63,912 nt of DNA, filler included, from Lama guanicoe (GCA_013239625.1; 213 parts of 213 records of this genome joined end to end with filler, not necessarily neighbours in it); one strand, 5' to 3'. Positions 12,139 through 25,200 are shown, numbered from the whole stretch's first letter. Numbers and translations are program-made. The notes: generated by a model not told the origin, from the letters alone.

Positions 12139-13200
12139 ATTTTTAAAGGTGACACTCCATTTACAGTTATTACAAAATATTGGCCATGATGTACAATACA
12201 NNNNNNNNNNNNNNNNNNNNNNNNNNNNNNNNNNNNNNNNNNNNTTAATTAATTAANNNNNNNNNNNNNNNNNNNNNNNNNNNNNNNNNNNNNNNNNNNN
12301 TTTCACTGTAAAACCGAATTTTAGCTTGTAACTCCCCATATATATTTATGTATTGAAATTTGGAACTGAAAGGAAACTATGTGTTCCCAACAAGCTAAGT
12401 GTAGAATGGCTTTCACACCCACTTAACCCTTAGAAATGAGCATGTGGAGAATCGTTCTTTGATCTAGCCCAAAGGGACCGGGTTGCAGGAGAAACACTTA
12501 NNNNNNNNNNNNNNNNNNNNNNNNNNNNNNNNNNNNNNNNNNNNTTAATTAATTAANNNNNNNNNNNNNNNNNNNNNNNNNNNNNNNNNNNNNNNNNNNN
12601 TTCAAATACCAGGATCGTCCAGTTCCAAACCTGAACCTCTTAGCATTTGCCACAACGTGGTCTAGATACTCATTTAATCTCTGGGTTTGCACCCTACTAC
12701 TTCACTCCTTTGGCCTGCCACGTTCTTGCAGATAGACTGTATCCTGGAGACAAGGGAACCCTCCTACACTGTTGGTGGGAATGTAGTTTGATGCAGCCAT
12801 NNNNNNNNNNNNNNNNNNNNNNNNNNNNNNNNNNNNNNNNNNNNTTAATTAATTAANNNNNNNNNNNNNNNNNNNNNNNNNNNNNNNNNNNNNNNNNNNN
12901 AACAAGATCTGGAGCTTGTTTGTTAAATCTACTTTAAGATTTTAGGTAATTTTATGTAATGTTAGAAATTTGTTTATTAATATGCTGCTCCCAATAGGTA
13001 GATTCATTAATTCAACCATTTGTACTTACTTCATTTAATCTAAAACCTAATTGTTGACTGTTTCATGATTACCAAAATAATAGGAAAACATCAACATTAA
13101 NNNNNNNNNNNNNNNNNNNNNNNNNNNNNNNNNNNNNNNNNNNNTTAATTAATTAANNNNNNNNNNNNNNNNNNNNNNNNNNNNNNNNNNNNNNNNNNNN

Positions 13201-13400
13201 TTCTGTATTCTGTATTCTATATCCTGTGTTCTCCATTCTATATTCACATTTTATTTATGGATTCTATATTCTATATGCTGTGTTCTGAATTCTGTTGTAT
13301 ATACTGGTGTCTGACATGTGTATTCTATAGTCTAAATACTGTGTTCTACAATCTGTATTCTACACTATATATTCTGTATTTTTTGTAATATATTCTATAT
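13201..13400 (-). repeat. Degenerate heptamer satellite (AGAATAY)n, reverse orientation
   Basis: ttctgta/ttctata units; same family as the fragments at 39937, 46858 and 51071. Confidence 0.85.
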
Positions 13401-13800
13401 NNNNNNNNNNNNNNNNNNNNNNNNNNNNNNNNNNNNNNNNNNNNTTAATTAATTAANNNNNNNNNNNNNNNNNNNNNNNNNNNNNNNNNNNNNNNNNNNN
13501 GGGCCAGACTCCAGGGTCTTCCCCACGGAGAACAGCCAGGTATTTTGTTTTTGTGTGACTCACGGCTGCTGGAACGAGGACCCGATCCCAGGCTGCAGCC
13601 GCAGTGCGGAGGGAGGAGCGACCTGGCCGGGGCCACCGTGCTGGGGTTACCGGGGGCCTGGAGATGGACATGCAGGATGTCATTTAATTACAGCTTCTCG
13701 NNNNNNNNNNNNNNNNNNNNNNNNNNNNNNNNNNNNNNNNNNNNTTAATTAATTAANNNNNNNNNNNNNNNNNNNNNNNNNNNNNNNNNNNNNNNNNNNN

Positions 13801-14300
13801 TAGGCTAGAAGAAAATTATTGACCAGAATGCTTTCTTAAATAGTTCCTGCTCTATTAACTAAGTTTCTAAACATTATGAATATTCAGTCTCCAAACGTGA
13901 GAAGACAAAATCTTAAAGTTGTTCAGGCATAAAGTATTTCTCAAGATCACATGCTGACGGTTAGTTTCAACTCGACTCCATATGCCTTTTAAATGGTGTA
14001 NNNNNNNNNNNNNNNNNNNNNNNNNNNNNNNNNNNNNNNNNNNNTTAATTAATTAANNNNNNNNNNNNNNNNNNNNNNNNNNNNNNNNNNNNNNNNNNNN
14101 TAGGCTAGAAGAAAATTATTGACCAGAATGCTTTCTTAAATAGTTCCTGATCTATTAACTAAGTTTCTAAACATTATGAATGTTCAGTCTCCAAACGTGA
14201 GAAGACAAAATCTTAAAGTCGCTCAGGCATAAAGTATTTCTCAAGATCACCTGCTGACGGTTAGTTTCAACTCGACTCCATATGCCTTTTAAATGGTGTA
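13801..14300 (+). repeat. Near-identical contig pair 13801-14000 / 14101-14300 (assembly bubble)
   Basis: 5 substitutions; first at fragment position 50, last at 151. Confidence 0.95.
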
Positions 14301-15000
14301 NNNNNNNNNNNNNNNNNNNNNNNNNNNNNNNNNNNNNNNNNNNNTTAATTAATTAANNNNNNNNNNNNNNNNNNNNNNNNNNNNNNNNNNNNNNNNNNNN
14401 AATGGCAAAACCGCATTCTCCACAGACGGAACCCTACAAAAGTGGGATACCTGTACAGAAATATTAAAAATATTTAGTATTTGCCAAATTTTTAATCGTT
14501 TTTTAAACATTCCCTACGTTCCCCCCAAATACCACACATAGTTGATTTGTTGAAAAAACTATGCGCTCTCAGTTGAAAGGACCTATTGTTTGTAATTCCT
14601 NNNNNNNNNNNNNNNNNNNNNNNNNNNNNNNNNNNNNNNNNNNNTTAATTAATTAANNNNNNNNNNNNNNNNNNNNNNNNNNNNNNNNNNNNNNNNNNNN
14701 AATAGGCTGAACTGATTCAAGAAAAGTCCTCTTGGTGAGCTCTGTGGGATATAGAGCAAACAGAAAACAGGAGTTATTGTTCTTTACCCCAGGTAAACGT
14801 TCTTGTAGCATCAGCTGAAAACTTCCTTAAGAATAGTTGAAGATATTCAATATTAAGGCCTCCCTGCCTAGTGAGTTTGTCTCATTACTGTGCCAGTTTG
14901 NNNNNNNNNNNNNNNNNNNNNNNNNNNNNNNNNNNNNNNNNNNNTTAATTAATTAANNNNNNNNNNNNNNNNNNNNNNNNNNNNNNNNNNNNNNNNNNNN

Positions 15001-15125
15001 GGGTTCAATCCCCAGTATCTCCTCCAAAAATAAACCTAATTATCCCCCCCCAAATAAAATAATTAAATAATTAAATAATAAATGAATAAAAAAATATAAA
15101 ATGTTTAAAAAAATTTAAAAAAAAA
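15001..15125 (+). mobile_element. Vic-1-type SINE 3' half and A-rich tail
   Basis: gggttcaatccccagtatctcc...aaataaacctaatta...poly(A). Confidence 0.88.
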
Positions 15126-16309
15126 GGCAAGCCCAAGAGTGGTTTAGAGGAAACTCAAGTATTCTATTTTTATAAATCCGTGAAAAGGTAAACGTCAGTT
15201 NNNNNNNNNNNNNNNNNNNNNNNNNNNNNNNNNNNNNNNNNNNNTTAATTAATTAANNNNNNNNNNNNNNNNNNNNNNNNNNNNNNNNNNNNNNNNNNNN
15301 GGGCTTCGGGAGGTGGTGCTGTGGGCTTGCTGTTGGATTCATTTCGGGTCCCAGAATGGAGGCCCATCTGGGGCATTTCCCCACCTCAGCTGCCATTGCA
15401 AAGGGCTCTGTCACTGCCTTGAGCCTTTCACTCTCGTGTCATCATTCCTCCTTCTTTGAAAGAGCAGATTTCATCTTGGCACAGGTGTGTGCACCTTTGC
15501 NNNNNNNNNNNNNNNNNNNNNNNNNNNNNNNNNNNNNNNNNNNNTTAATTAATTAANNNNNNNNNNNNNNNNNNNNNNNNNNNNNNNNNNNNNNNNNNNN
15601 GGCGGGCGGTGTCCCACCCTTGGTTTCTTCAAAGCCTGTGGGGGGTGGATGTGATTTTCATTTTAAAAGCCTGCTCGTTTTCCCCCACCTCCTCTCTCAG
15701 GGTTCTTAGGACGGAGACAGCAGATGGTAGGACATTCCCCAAGGGGGTCCCTCCCAGAGATTACTAGCCAGCGTCCCAGGCTGTTGTCTGCCCTTGTGGT
15801 NNNNNNNNNNNNNNNNNNNNNNNNNNNNNNNNNNNNNNNNNNNNTTAATTAATTAANNNNNNNNNNNNNNNNNNNNNNNNNNNNNNNNNNNNNNNNNNNN
15901 TGTGTTTGCTTAAATTTCTGTCTCACATACGAGATCATCCACTTCATTGAGACAGAGATTAAATCTTTTTTGGCTCTTTTTTTATATATTCAGGATCTAG
16001 AAGATATAGGAATAAAATAAATGACTAAATATTTGTATGAGTTACCAATGTCAATATGTTTCCAAACATTTTTAAGGGAGCAGCCACAAATCTGCAGATC
16101 NNNNNNNNNNNNNNNNNNNNNNNNNNNNNNNNNNNNNNNNNNNNTTAATTAATTAANNNNNNNNNNNNNNNNNNNNNNNNNNNNNNNNNNNNNNNNNNNN
16201 GAACGAGAGATGCACGGAGGGAACGGGCACCTGCAGCCTCCCATTCAGCGCAGGGACCCTGCCGCAGGCCTCGGCCGCGAGCTGTCAGCCCGCGCAGGCT
16301 GGCTGCAAG

Positions 16310-16400
16310 TGGGCCCTGCCCTCCTCCTTTCCACAGACCCTGAGGTTGAGGAAGCCGACGACCCCGAGGCCACTCTGCTAGAAAGTGGCAGAGCCACATA
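16310..16400 (-). mobile_element. MIR fragment, GC-shifted
   Basis: ctgaggttgaggaagccgacgaccccgaggccactctgctagaaagtggcagagcc resembles the antisense MIR core. Confidence 0.55.
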
Positions 16401-18000
16401 NNNNNNNNNNNNNNNNNNNNNNNNNNNNNNNNNNNNNNNNNNNNTTAATTAATTAANNNNNNNNNNNNNNNNNNNNNNNNNNNNNNNNNNNNNNNNNNNN
16501 GGCCGCCTTTTATGTCATCATTTGCTGTGATCTTGAACTTTCTGCCTAGGAGTAAATCAGTAATTCACTAATTTTTATCCATAAAATGCCATGCATTTTT
16601 AACTGATCCGTATTATCTTGCATTGTTTATAACAAGAAGTCTAATTTGAGAAGAAGTATGTTGAGTATCAGGAGTAAGAAAGAGTATTAAAAAAGAGAGC
16701 NNNNNNNNNNNNNNNNNNNNNNNNNNNNNNNNNNNNNNNNNNNNTTAATTAATTAANNNNNNNNNNNNNNNNNNNNNNNNNNNNNNNNNNNNNNNNNNNN
16801 CGTCTTTCTGCTCTGCCATCTTGATCTCCTCCCTGAAGACTTTTTTTTTTAATAAGAAAAATTTTTATTTGGTGAAAGAAATTGACAGAGAGCAGCAGAA
16901 CCAGCTGTAAAGGTTCCATATCGGTTTTTTAGATTTAAATAATTACTTTTACTAGTTTGTTTGTGTGCATGGTAAAAAAAATTTAAAAGAGAAACCTGAC
17001 NNNNNNNNNNNNNNNNNNNNNNNNNNNNNNNNNNNNNNNNNNNNTTAATTAATTAANNNNNNNNNNNNNNNNNNNNNNNNNNNNNNNNNNNNNNNNNNNN
17101 TGTTCTGTCCTCTGGGTAATTCCTCTTCCTCCTTGGAACTGAGGAATAGACAGCTCATATTGGGGAAGGACGATGGAAAGAGGACAGCAGAGTTCAGCAC
17201 TTTCTTTGTTGACATAAGCACACATGATATAATAGGGGAAGACTGGAAAATAGAGGTGAGAAAATAAAAGCCTGACAGCAAGTGATAAACCCTGTTAATA
17301 NNNNNNNNNNNNNNNNNNNNNNNNNNNNNNNNNNNNNNNNNNNNTTAATTAATTAANNNNNNNNNNNNNNNNNNNNNNNNNNNNNNNNNNNNNNNNNNNN
17401 GAGTAAAAAGGCTTTTATGGAAAGGTGAAGTAGATACCGAACTATCCGCAGGGATCTGAGAGGTATCAGGCAGGTCTTGAATACAATTGTGAGGTGTTTT
17501 TCTGGACATCCCAGGAATCCCTTTCAACTTTCCCCACCCTAATACCATTCAACACCCTCAGCCAGCTGCCTGCTGCCATCTACCTGACTCCGAGAGGCTA
17601 NNNNNNNNNNNNNNNNNNNNNNNNNNNNNNNNNNNNNNNNNNNNTTAATTAATTAANNNNNNNNNNNNNNNNNNNNNNNNNNNNNNNNNNNNNNNNNNNN
17701 CTAAATATTCCAGTCCTCTAAAGTACTCCTCCAGTGGTGGTGATGGAAGCACGCTGATGCAGTCCAAATGAAGTTCCTCGGTACCTTTTGTGACCAATGG
17801 CATACAAGCGACTCATCTGGTTGCAATTAAAGACAGGCTAGTCCAGTGAGACCAGCACCTCGGCAGTTCTAGCAGTTACCACAGAAGACATTGCTTCACT
17901 NNNNNNNNNNNNNNNNNNNNNNNNNNNNNNNNNNNNNNNNNNNNTTAATTAATTAANNNNNNNNNNNNNNNNNNNNNNNNNNNNNNNNNNNNNNNNNNNN

Positions 18001-18200
18001 AAAAAATACCCATCTATGGGCTGTTTACAAGAAACTTACCTCAGAACTATAGACACACACACAGACTGAAAGTGAGGAGATGGAAAAAAGATATTTCATG
18101 CAAATAGAAACAACAAGAAAATGAGGGTAGTGATAATCATATCAGACAAAATAGACTTTAAAACAAAGTTCTATAACAAAAGACAAAGACAGGCATTATA
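18001..18200 (+). mobile_element. LINE-1 ORF2 endonuclease-domain fragment
   Basis: Degenerate match to CLQET...HRLKV..WKKIFHAN...IISDKIDFKTK...KDK.GHY, with frameshifts. Confidence 0.92.
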
Positions 18201-18900
18201 NNNNNNNNNNNNNNNNNNNNNNNNNNNNNNNNNNNNNNNNNNNNTTAATTAATTAANNNNNNNNNNNNNNNNNNNNNNNNNNNNNNNNNNNNNNNNNNNN
18301 TTCTGACTTTAGATGATCATTGACTGTCTTATGAATTGATTCATAAAAGCTATTGTAAAATTTAATGGCTTAAAATAACAAGTATTTATTATCTCAACAT
18401 GTCTATGGGTCCACAAAGTATTTTATGATCTAGCCTTGGAAGTAACAAACAATCACTGCCTCTGTGTTCCATTGGTCACACAGACCTGTCCTAATATGGT
18501 NNNNNNNNNNNNNNNNNNNNNNNNNNNNNNNNNNNNNNNNNNNNTTAATTAATTAANNNNNNNNNNNNNNNNNNNNNNNNNNNNNNNNNNNNNNNNNNNN
18601 GGGGCAGATAGGAGCAAGTCTACCAGAGCATCACGGCACCCCCTCTACCCCTGCAGCTGCCACCTCCCGCCCAGACCTCTGAACGACCACGCCCGCCTCC
18701 AGAGAGCAGGCTGTCCTGGGAACGTGCCTTCAGCGAACCAGGGGCAGCAAGTGCTGCCCCCAGGCCAGGCCGCCCCCAAGGCCAGGCCGCCGGGGAGATC
18801 NNNNNNNNNNNNNNNNNNNNNNNNNNNNNNNNNNNNNNNNNNNNTTAATTAATTAANNNNNNNNNNNNNNNNNNNNNNNNNNNNNNNNNNNNNNNNNNNN

Positions 18901-19047
18901 GTTTTCACTATTGAACATATTATGCTGGCTGTAGGTTCATCATAAATAGCTTTTTATATGTTGAGATATGTTCCCACTATACCCACTTTGGTTAGATTTT
19001 TATCATAAGTGGGTGTTGAATTTTATTCAGTGCTTTTTCTGCATCTA
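18901..19047 (-). mobile_element. LINE-1 ORF2 RT segment, inverted
   Basis: Reverse strand matches DAEKAFDKIQHPFMIK...GTYLNIIKAIYDKPTA. Confidence 0.9.
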
Positions 19048-19051
19048 CTTT

Positions 19052-19100
19052 CAACCCAATCCAAAAATGGGCAGAAGACCTAAATAAGCAACTCTCCAAT
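19052..19100 (+). mobile_element. LINE-1 ORF2 C-terminal segment, sense orientation
   Basis: aacccaatccaaaaatgggcagaagacctaaat = NPIQKWAEDLN. Confidence 0.85.
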
Positions 19101-20239
19101 NNNNNNNNNNNNNNNNNNNNNNNNNNNNNNNNNNNNNNNNNNNNTTAATTAATTAANNNNNNNNNNNNNNNNNNNNNNNNNNNNNNNNNNNNNNNNNNNN
19201 TTTTTCTGGGGACAGCTTTTGTAGGTCCTTCTGAGGGGTCTGTAAATCAAAAAAAGTTACAGACCTGGGACTGGGTAATCTTGAAGACCCCTTCCATCCC
19301 TAGTACTCTTAGGTTACATGAATTTAAACATAAATTCCACTCCTCATCCTTCAAGGCCAACTCAGCAGCCACTCTAGGAAACTCTGGGATTTCCTGCTTC
19401 NNNNNNNNNNNNNNNNNNNNNNNNNNNNNNNNNNNNNNNNNNNNTTAATTAATTAANNNNNNNNNNNNNNNNNNNNNNNNNNNNNNNNNNNNNNNNNNNN
19501 GAAGGAAGATGAGGGGTCAGAAGGATTTACATCTTTCATCCAGAAAGGTTCTGCCCATGTGTATCTCCCCTTCCAGATATTACAGGAGTTGCCTGAATTA
19601 CAAATATCTTATAACTTCAAATAGTTCCATCGTTTCTCCCTAATTCACTATATGGTGACCAAGTTGCAGGGGAAAAGGCACTTCCCAGTGCTGGGCATTA
19701 NNNNNNNNNNNNNNNNNNNNNNNNNNNNNNNNNNNNNNNNNNNNTTAATTAATTAANNNNNNNNNNNNNNNNNNNNNNNNNNNNNNNNNNNNNNNNNNNN
19801 CCCTTCCCTAGTGATAGCTGCCTTATGCTTGCCTTGGGCAAAAATGGACTGTTCCTGGCTCCAAGAACAGGAATTTTTGGCAAAAAAATAAAAAAAAAAT
19901 GCATTGGGAGTTATTTCAAAAATTAAACTACTATTATACATGAAAATAAATACCTCAATACTGTTCAGAATTTGACAAGTTAGAAATGATAAGAAAAATG
20001 NNNNNNNNNNNNNNNNNNNNNNNNNNNNNNNNNNNNNNNNNNNNTTAATTAATTAANNNNNNNNNNNNNNNNNNNNNNNNNNNNNNNNNNNNNNNNNNNN
20101 TCCATTGAGTGGAAAGCCTGTAGGAGGTTTTAAGCAAGGAAGTTACATTCTATGATTTGTTCTTATTACATTCTATGATCCTGTTATATTATTTATATAT
20201 ACAATGTTTTATATATTATGCATTATATATTATGACTAT

Positions 20240-20300
20240 ATAAGGACTATGCTTGACTTGCTATGGTTCAACTTAAAATTTTTTGACTTTATGGTCGGAC
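20240..20300 (+). mobile_element. Tigger4/Zombi-like DNA transposon end
   Basis: gacttgctatggttcaacttaaaattttttgactttatggt resembles the Tigger4 terminal consensus; short match. Confidence 0.45.
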
Positions 20301-20431
20301 NNNNNNNNNNNNNNNNNNNNNNNNNNNNNNNNNNNNNNNNNNNNTTAATTAATTAANNNNNNNNNNNNNNNNNNNNNNNNNNNNNNNNNNNNNNNNNNNN
20401 TGGGTCCCAGGAATGGTGAAAATAGTGAACA

Positions 20432-20600
20432 TAACAGTAGCTAAAAATCATGGAGTTTTATCAAATTGCCTGCCTGCTACTATTTAAGCACTTTACATGT
20501 ATTACGCTATTTAATCCTCTAACAACCCTGTCAGAGGAGTGATTTCATTGTTGCTCCCCTTTTACAGATAAGGGGACTAGGGCACAGAGCAGTTAAGTAA
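20432..20600 (-). mobile_element. MIR
   Basis: taagcactttacatgtatt...tttaatcctctaacaaccct...ttttacagataagggga...ggcacagagcagttaagtaa. Confidence 0.88.
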
Positions 20601-20700
20601 NNNNNNNNNNNNNNNNNNNNNNNNNNNNNNNNNNNNNNNNNNNNTTAATTAATTAANNNNNNNNNNNNNNNNNNNNNNNNNNNNNNNNNNNNNNNNNNNN

Positions 20701-20900
20701 AGAAAAGGCAGTTTTATTTCTTTGCAGGCAAAGGAGGTCACAGTGGGCTACTCCCTCCAAGATTGTGAGCCTGCTGGGGAGAGAAGGCAGGGAGGGTTTT
20801 ATGCTAAAAGTTCAAGAGGTGGAGAGGCGGAGCTGGTTGCCATAGAGATCGCATACAGGGTAACACATAGTTGCAAAGTTGTTCTTGTTTTTGCAGATGC
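20701..20900 (-). mobile_element. Probable ERV LTR fragment
   Basis: tttatttctttgcaggcaaaggaggtcacag (antisense poly(A) signal region) resembles artiodactyl ERV1 LTRs. Confidence 0.4.
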
Positions 20901-21407
20901 NNNNNNNNNNNNNNNNNNNNNNNNNNNNNNNNNNNNNNNNNNNNTTAATTAATTAANNNNNNNNNNNNNNNNNNNNNNNNNNNNNNNNNNNNNNNNNNNN
21001 GTGGTGGTCAGGGTCTGTAAGAGAAGAACGTGCGGTCTCTAACTTAACCCTCCTCCCAAATAAAAGTGTGAATTCCTGCTATTTTCCTACCTACTTCATA
21101 GATAAAGAAACAGAACCATTCAGTTTAAGGAACTTGTTTTATTTCACACATTCAGGCAAGACTAGAACAGGGTTCCCAGGCTGTTGACTCTAAACTCTGT
21201 NNNNNNNNNNNNNNNNNNNNNNNNNNNNNNNNNNNNNNNNNNNNTTAATTAATTAANNNNNNNNNNNNNNNNNNNNNNNNNNNNNNNNNNNNNNNNNNNN
21301 GGGAACGCAGTCAAGCAGTAAACGCATCCCACAGAGGGCTGGCGTGGACTTGTCGTCACAGTGATACCTCAGGAGGGAAGCCACGAGAGGAGTGAGGAGT
21401 AGGAAGC

Positions 21408-21500
21408 TGTTATGGACTGAACTGCGTCCCCTAAAACTCGTATGTGGAAGCCCTGACCCGCTTGTGACTGTCTTTGGAGACAGAACCTCTGAGGAGGTAG
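21408..21500 (+). mobile_element. MLT1 (MaLR) LTR 5' end
   Basis: TGTTATGGACTGAA...gaagccctgaccc...tgtgactgtctttggagacag, matching the MLT1A/B start. Confidence 0.85.
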
Positions 21501-21600
21501 NNNNNNNNNNNNNNNNNNNNNNNNNNNNNNNNNNNNNNNNNNNNTTAATTAATTAANNNNNNNNNNNNNNNNNNNNNNNNNNNNNNNNNNNNNNNNNNNN

Positions 21601-21800
21601 TAGGAGAAACCGCTTCACACTCACAACAATAGGTTATAATAAAAAAAATAAGAGTAACAAGCACTAATGAGGATACAGAGGAAGCGGAGCGCGCAGCCCT
21701 TGCTGGTCAGGATGTAACACAGCGCGGCCACTTTGGAAAACAGCCTGGCACGTCCTCAGAGGGTTGAACATTTGGTTTATGAATGACCCAGCATTTCTGC
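21601..21800 (+). mobile_element. L1 ORF2 3' fragment
   Basis: ttgctggtcaggatgtaa...gccactttggaaaacagcctggca...tgacccagcattt. Confidence 0.8.
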
Positions 21801-23400
21801 NNNNNNNNNNNNNNNNNNNNNNNNNNNNNNNNNNNNNNNNNNNNTTAATTAATTAANNNNNNNNNNNNNNNNNNNNNNNNNNNNNNNNNNNNNNNNNNNN
21901 GGAACTTACACCATCAGCCCAACTGCGGACAACTGCAGACATCAACCTCCGTAATCACATGAGCCAATTCCTTACAATAAGCCGTTTTAAATTTTTAAAT
22001 TTTATTTTTATTTTTTTTGATAATGTCCATTTATTTTTGTTTGTTTGGGCTTTTTTTTTTATGGAGGGAAGTAATTAGGTTTATTTGCTTATGAATATAG
22101 NNNNNNNNNNNNNNNNNNNNNNNNNNNNNNNNNNNNNNNNNNNNTTAATTAATTAANNNNNNNNNNNNNNNNNNNNNNNNNNNNNNNNNNNNNNNNNNNN
22201 GGGGCGGTGCCCCAGGACCCGGCACTTCCACCCAGCGGGGCAGGGCCGCCGCTCCCTCCTCCTCCCCCTCCTCCCGCACGCCAAGGCCTCTGCGAGCACT
22301 GAGTGTGGGGAAGGGTCCCCGCCCCTACGGCCTGCAGCCGCGACGCACGTATCCGTGGTAACCCATGCGGACAGCACCCAGCCTCCACCGTCCCACCTGA
22401 NNNNNNNNNNNNNNNNNNNNNNNNNNNNNNNNNNNNNNNNNNNNTTAATTAATTAANNNNNNNNNNNNNNNNNNNNNNNNNNNNNNNNNNNNNNNNNNNN
22501 AACATTTTCTAAGGGCACACGTCTGAGGAAACACTGGCCCCTTCCAAGCGGACTGGCAAGGGAAGACGTTACTTTGACTCTAAGGGGTGCTCGACCCGCA
22601 TAAGGCACTTAATGGCGTGTGACTCGTGTGTTAAGAGTCGTTCCGTTTGCTTCCGCTTCTGTCTGCTCCCCATGAGCTGAAGTCGTTCCCTAAATATTCT
22701 NNNNNNNNNNNNNNNNNNNNNNNNNNNNNNNNNNNNNNNNNNNNTTAATTAATTAANNNNNNNNNNNNNNNNNNNNNNNNNNNNNNNNNNNNNNNNNNNN
22801 CTGAAACAGGAAGCCCAACAACAAATACTGTCCAGCTGTCATTGTTTAATTTGTAGTTTACTTATGAGCAATTGAATCTCATTAGTTCAGCCAAATTATG
22901 TTTCACTGCAATGAGAAGCCAAAAAAAAAAATAATTTAAACTGTTTTTTTCCCCCCCTTGCACTTCAGACTTCAGTGATATGGAAAAACACTGAGCTTTC
23001 NNNNNNNNNNNNNNNNNNNNNNNNNNNNNNNNNNNNNNNNNNNNTTAATTAATTAANNNNNNNNNNNNNNNNNNNNNNNNNNNNNNNNNNNNNNNNNNNN
23101 AGGTGCAGCCTTCGTTAAGCTCCCAGGTCCTCCAATCCTGTTTCCTTCCCGGTGGAGTTGGAGATGGGCAGAGGCGAGCAGTGCTGCTCAGAGGCCTGAC
23201 CTGGGGTGCCCCTGCCCTGGGCCCCCAGCTCTAGAACCCCAACCCCCTATTACAGCACAGAAACACATTTTTTTGTGGGGGTAGTTAATTAGGTTTACTG
23301 NNNNNNNNNNNNNNNNNNNNNNNNNNNNNNNNNNNNNNNNNNNNTTAATTAATTAANNNNNNNNNNNNNNNNNNNNNNNNNNNNNNNNNNNNNNNNNNNN

Positions 23401-23600
23401 AAAAAAAAAAAGCCAAATTACCTACCTCCTTAAAATAAATAAATTAAATAAAACTAAAAAAAAAACCCAAAACCTAATTACTTGCCCTTCCCAATAAGCC
23501 AACGACCTTAACAAATACCTCTCCAAGGAAGATTTACAGATGGCAAATAAGCTTATGAAAAGATGCTCTATATCACATGTCATCAGGAAATTAAAACAAT
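23401..23600 (+). mobile_element. Two SINE tail motifs followed by an L1 ORF2 fragment
   Basis: aattacct and cctaattac SINE tail motifs, then ccaaggaagatttacagatggcaaataagcttatgaaaagatgctc (L1). Confidence 0.75.
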
Positions 23601-24923
23601 NNNNNNNNNNNNNNNNNNNNNNNNNNNNNNNNNNNNNNNNNNNNTTAATTAATTAANNNNNNNNNNNNNNNNNNNNNNNNNNNNNNNNNNNNNNNNNNNN
23701 GAATATATCCTTTGTAACTGTGACATTACTGTTAGGAAAATGGCCTTAGCAGAAATAAAAGCTTCAAGCAGTCTTCAGTAAGGAAACAGCAACGGCCTGG
23801 GAACATCACGGGAGCTAAGACTCGTGGGTTAAGCCGAGTCTGCTTTAGCATTTCCAGGCCACGGCAGGAAGGCTGCTGTTCTTCCTGCAGATGGTACTTA
23901 NNNNNNNNNNNNNNNNNNNNNNNNNNNNNNNNNNNNNNNNNNNNTTAATTAATTAANNNNNNNNNNNNNNNNNNNNNNNNNNNNNNNNNNNNNNNNNNNN
24001 AGGTAATATCTCCCTCCCAGCAGACTGGCCAGCAGCTCCTGCATGAGACCAGAGCTTTCTAATCTCAGGGTTCTTCTTCAATAATGCACCCTCACTCCAG
24101 GCGCAGACAAGATCTTGCTTTCATTGCATTGCCCTGTGGGAACTGGGGCTTGAGGAACAAGCACCACGATGATACTCTGGCTAGGGCTATGGCTTGAGTA
24201 NNNNNNNNNNNNNNNNNNNNNNNNNNNNNNNNNNNNNNNNNNNNTTAATTAATTAANNNNNNNNNNNNNNNNNNNNNNNNNNNNNNNNNNNNNNNNNNNN
24301 GAGGGTCTGGCCGGATGTTTGAGTTTCAGCATACGGAGGGTATTTAAAGAAGTATCACTGGGTGAGGTCACTATGTGCAGACCAGATGGCCTGGCCCTTG
24401 GCACACGCAGTATTATGAGGTTAAGGAGGGAGCCTCACTTATTCAGACACGCATATTAGTCATAAAAATCAAAGAGAACCTGCAGAATCAAACTTCTCTG
24501 NNNNNNNNNNNNNNNNNNNNNNNNNNNNNNNNNNNNNNNNNNNNTTAATTAATTAANNNNNNNNNNNNNNNNNNNNNNNNNNNNNNNNNNNNNNNNNNNN
24601 AGGCCCTAAATGTTTATTCAGGAGGTACCGCATGCAATGCTAAGTAGACATGATTTAGTGGGGCAGAAATACTAGGCCTTCCGGGTCCGATCTGGCTGTG
24701 AATCCAGGCTTTTGGTTTACCTACAGTGTGGCCTTGGACAAGTAGTTTTGTGTCCTTAAGGCTCATTTTCTGCAAAGGTAACAGAAGTATCCATCTACTA
24801 NNNNNNNNNNNNNNNNNNNNNNNNNNNNNNNNNNNNNNNNNNNNTTAATTAATTAANNNNNNNNNNNNNNNNNNNNNNNNNNNNNNNNNNNNNNNNNNNN
24901 CCACCCAACACGGGGCCCTACAG

Positions 24924-25100
24924 CAGGTTTTCTCAGCCTCGGTGTTAGCGACACTTTGGCCCGGACAGCCCTCGACGTGGGGACCACCCTGCGCACTGCT
25001 GGCTGGTAGCGGCATCCCGGCCCCTACCCGCCGGATGCCAGCGGCACCCTCTCCCTGAGCCGCGGCAGCCGGAGGTGTCCTCGCCGCTTCTGCCGCACGT
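24924..25100 (-). mobile_element. MER20 (hAT-Charlie) copy, strongly GC-shifted
   Basis: caggttttctcagcctcgg...gcggcatcccggcccctacccgccggatgccagcggcacc is collinear with the antisense MER20 consensus. Confidence 0.85.
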
Positions 25101-25200
25101 NNNNNNNNNNNNNNNNNNNNNNNNNNNNNNNNNNNNNNNNNNNNTTAATTAATTAANNNNNNNNNNNNNNNNNNNNNNNNNNNNNNNNNNNNNNNNNNNN

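Noticed and set aside
13801..14300. Tandem duplication or direct repeats
   Set aside because: The copies are separate contigs with the invariant 49-bp identical ends of assembly bubbles; adjacency comes from sorting.
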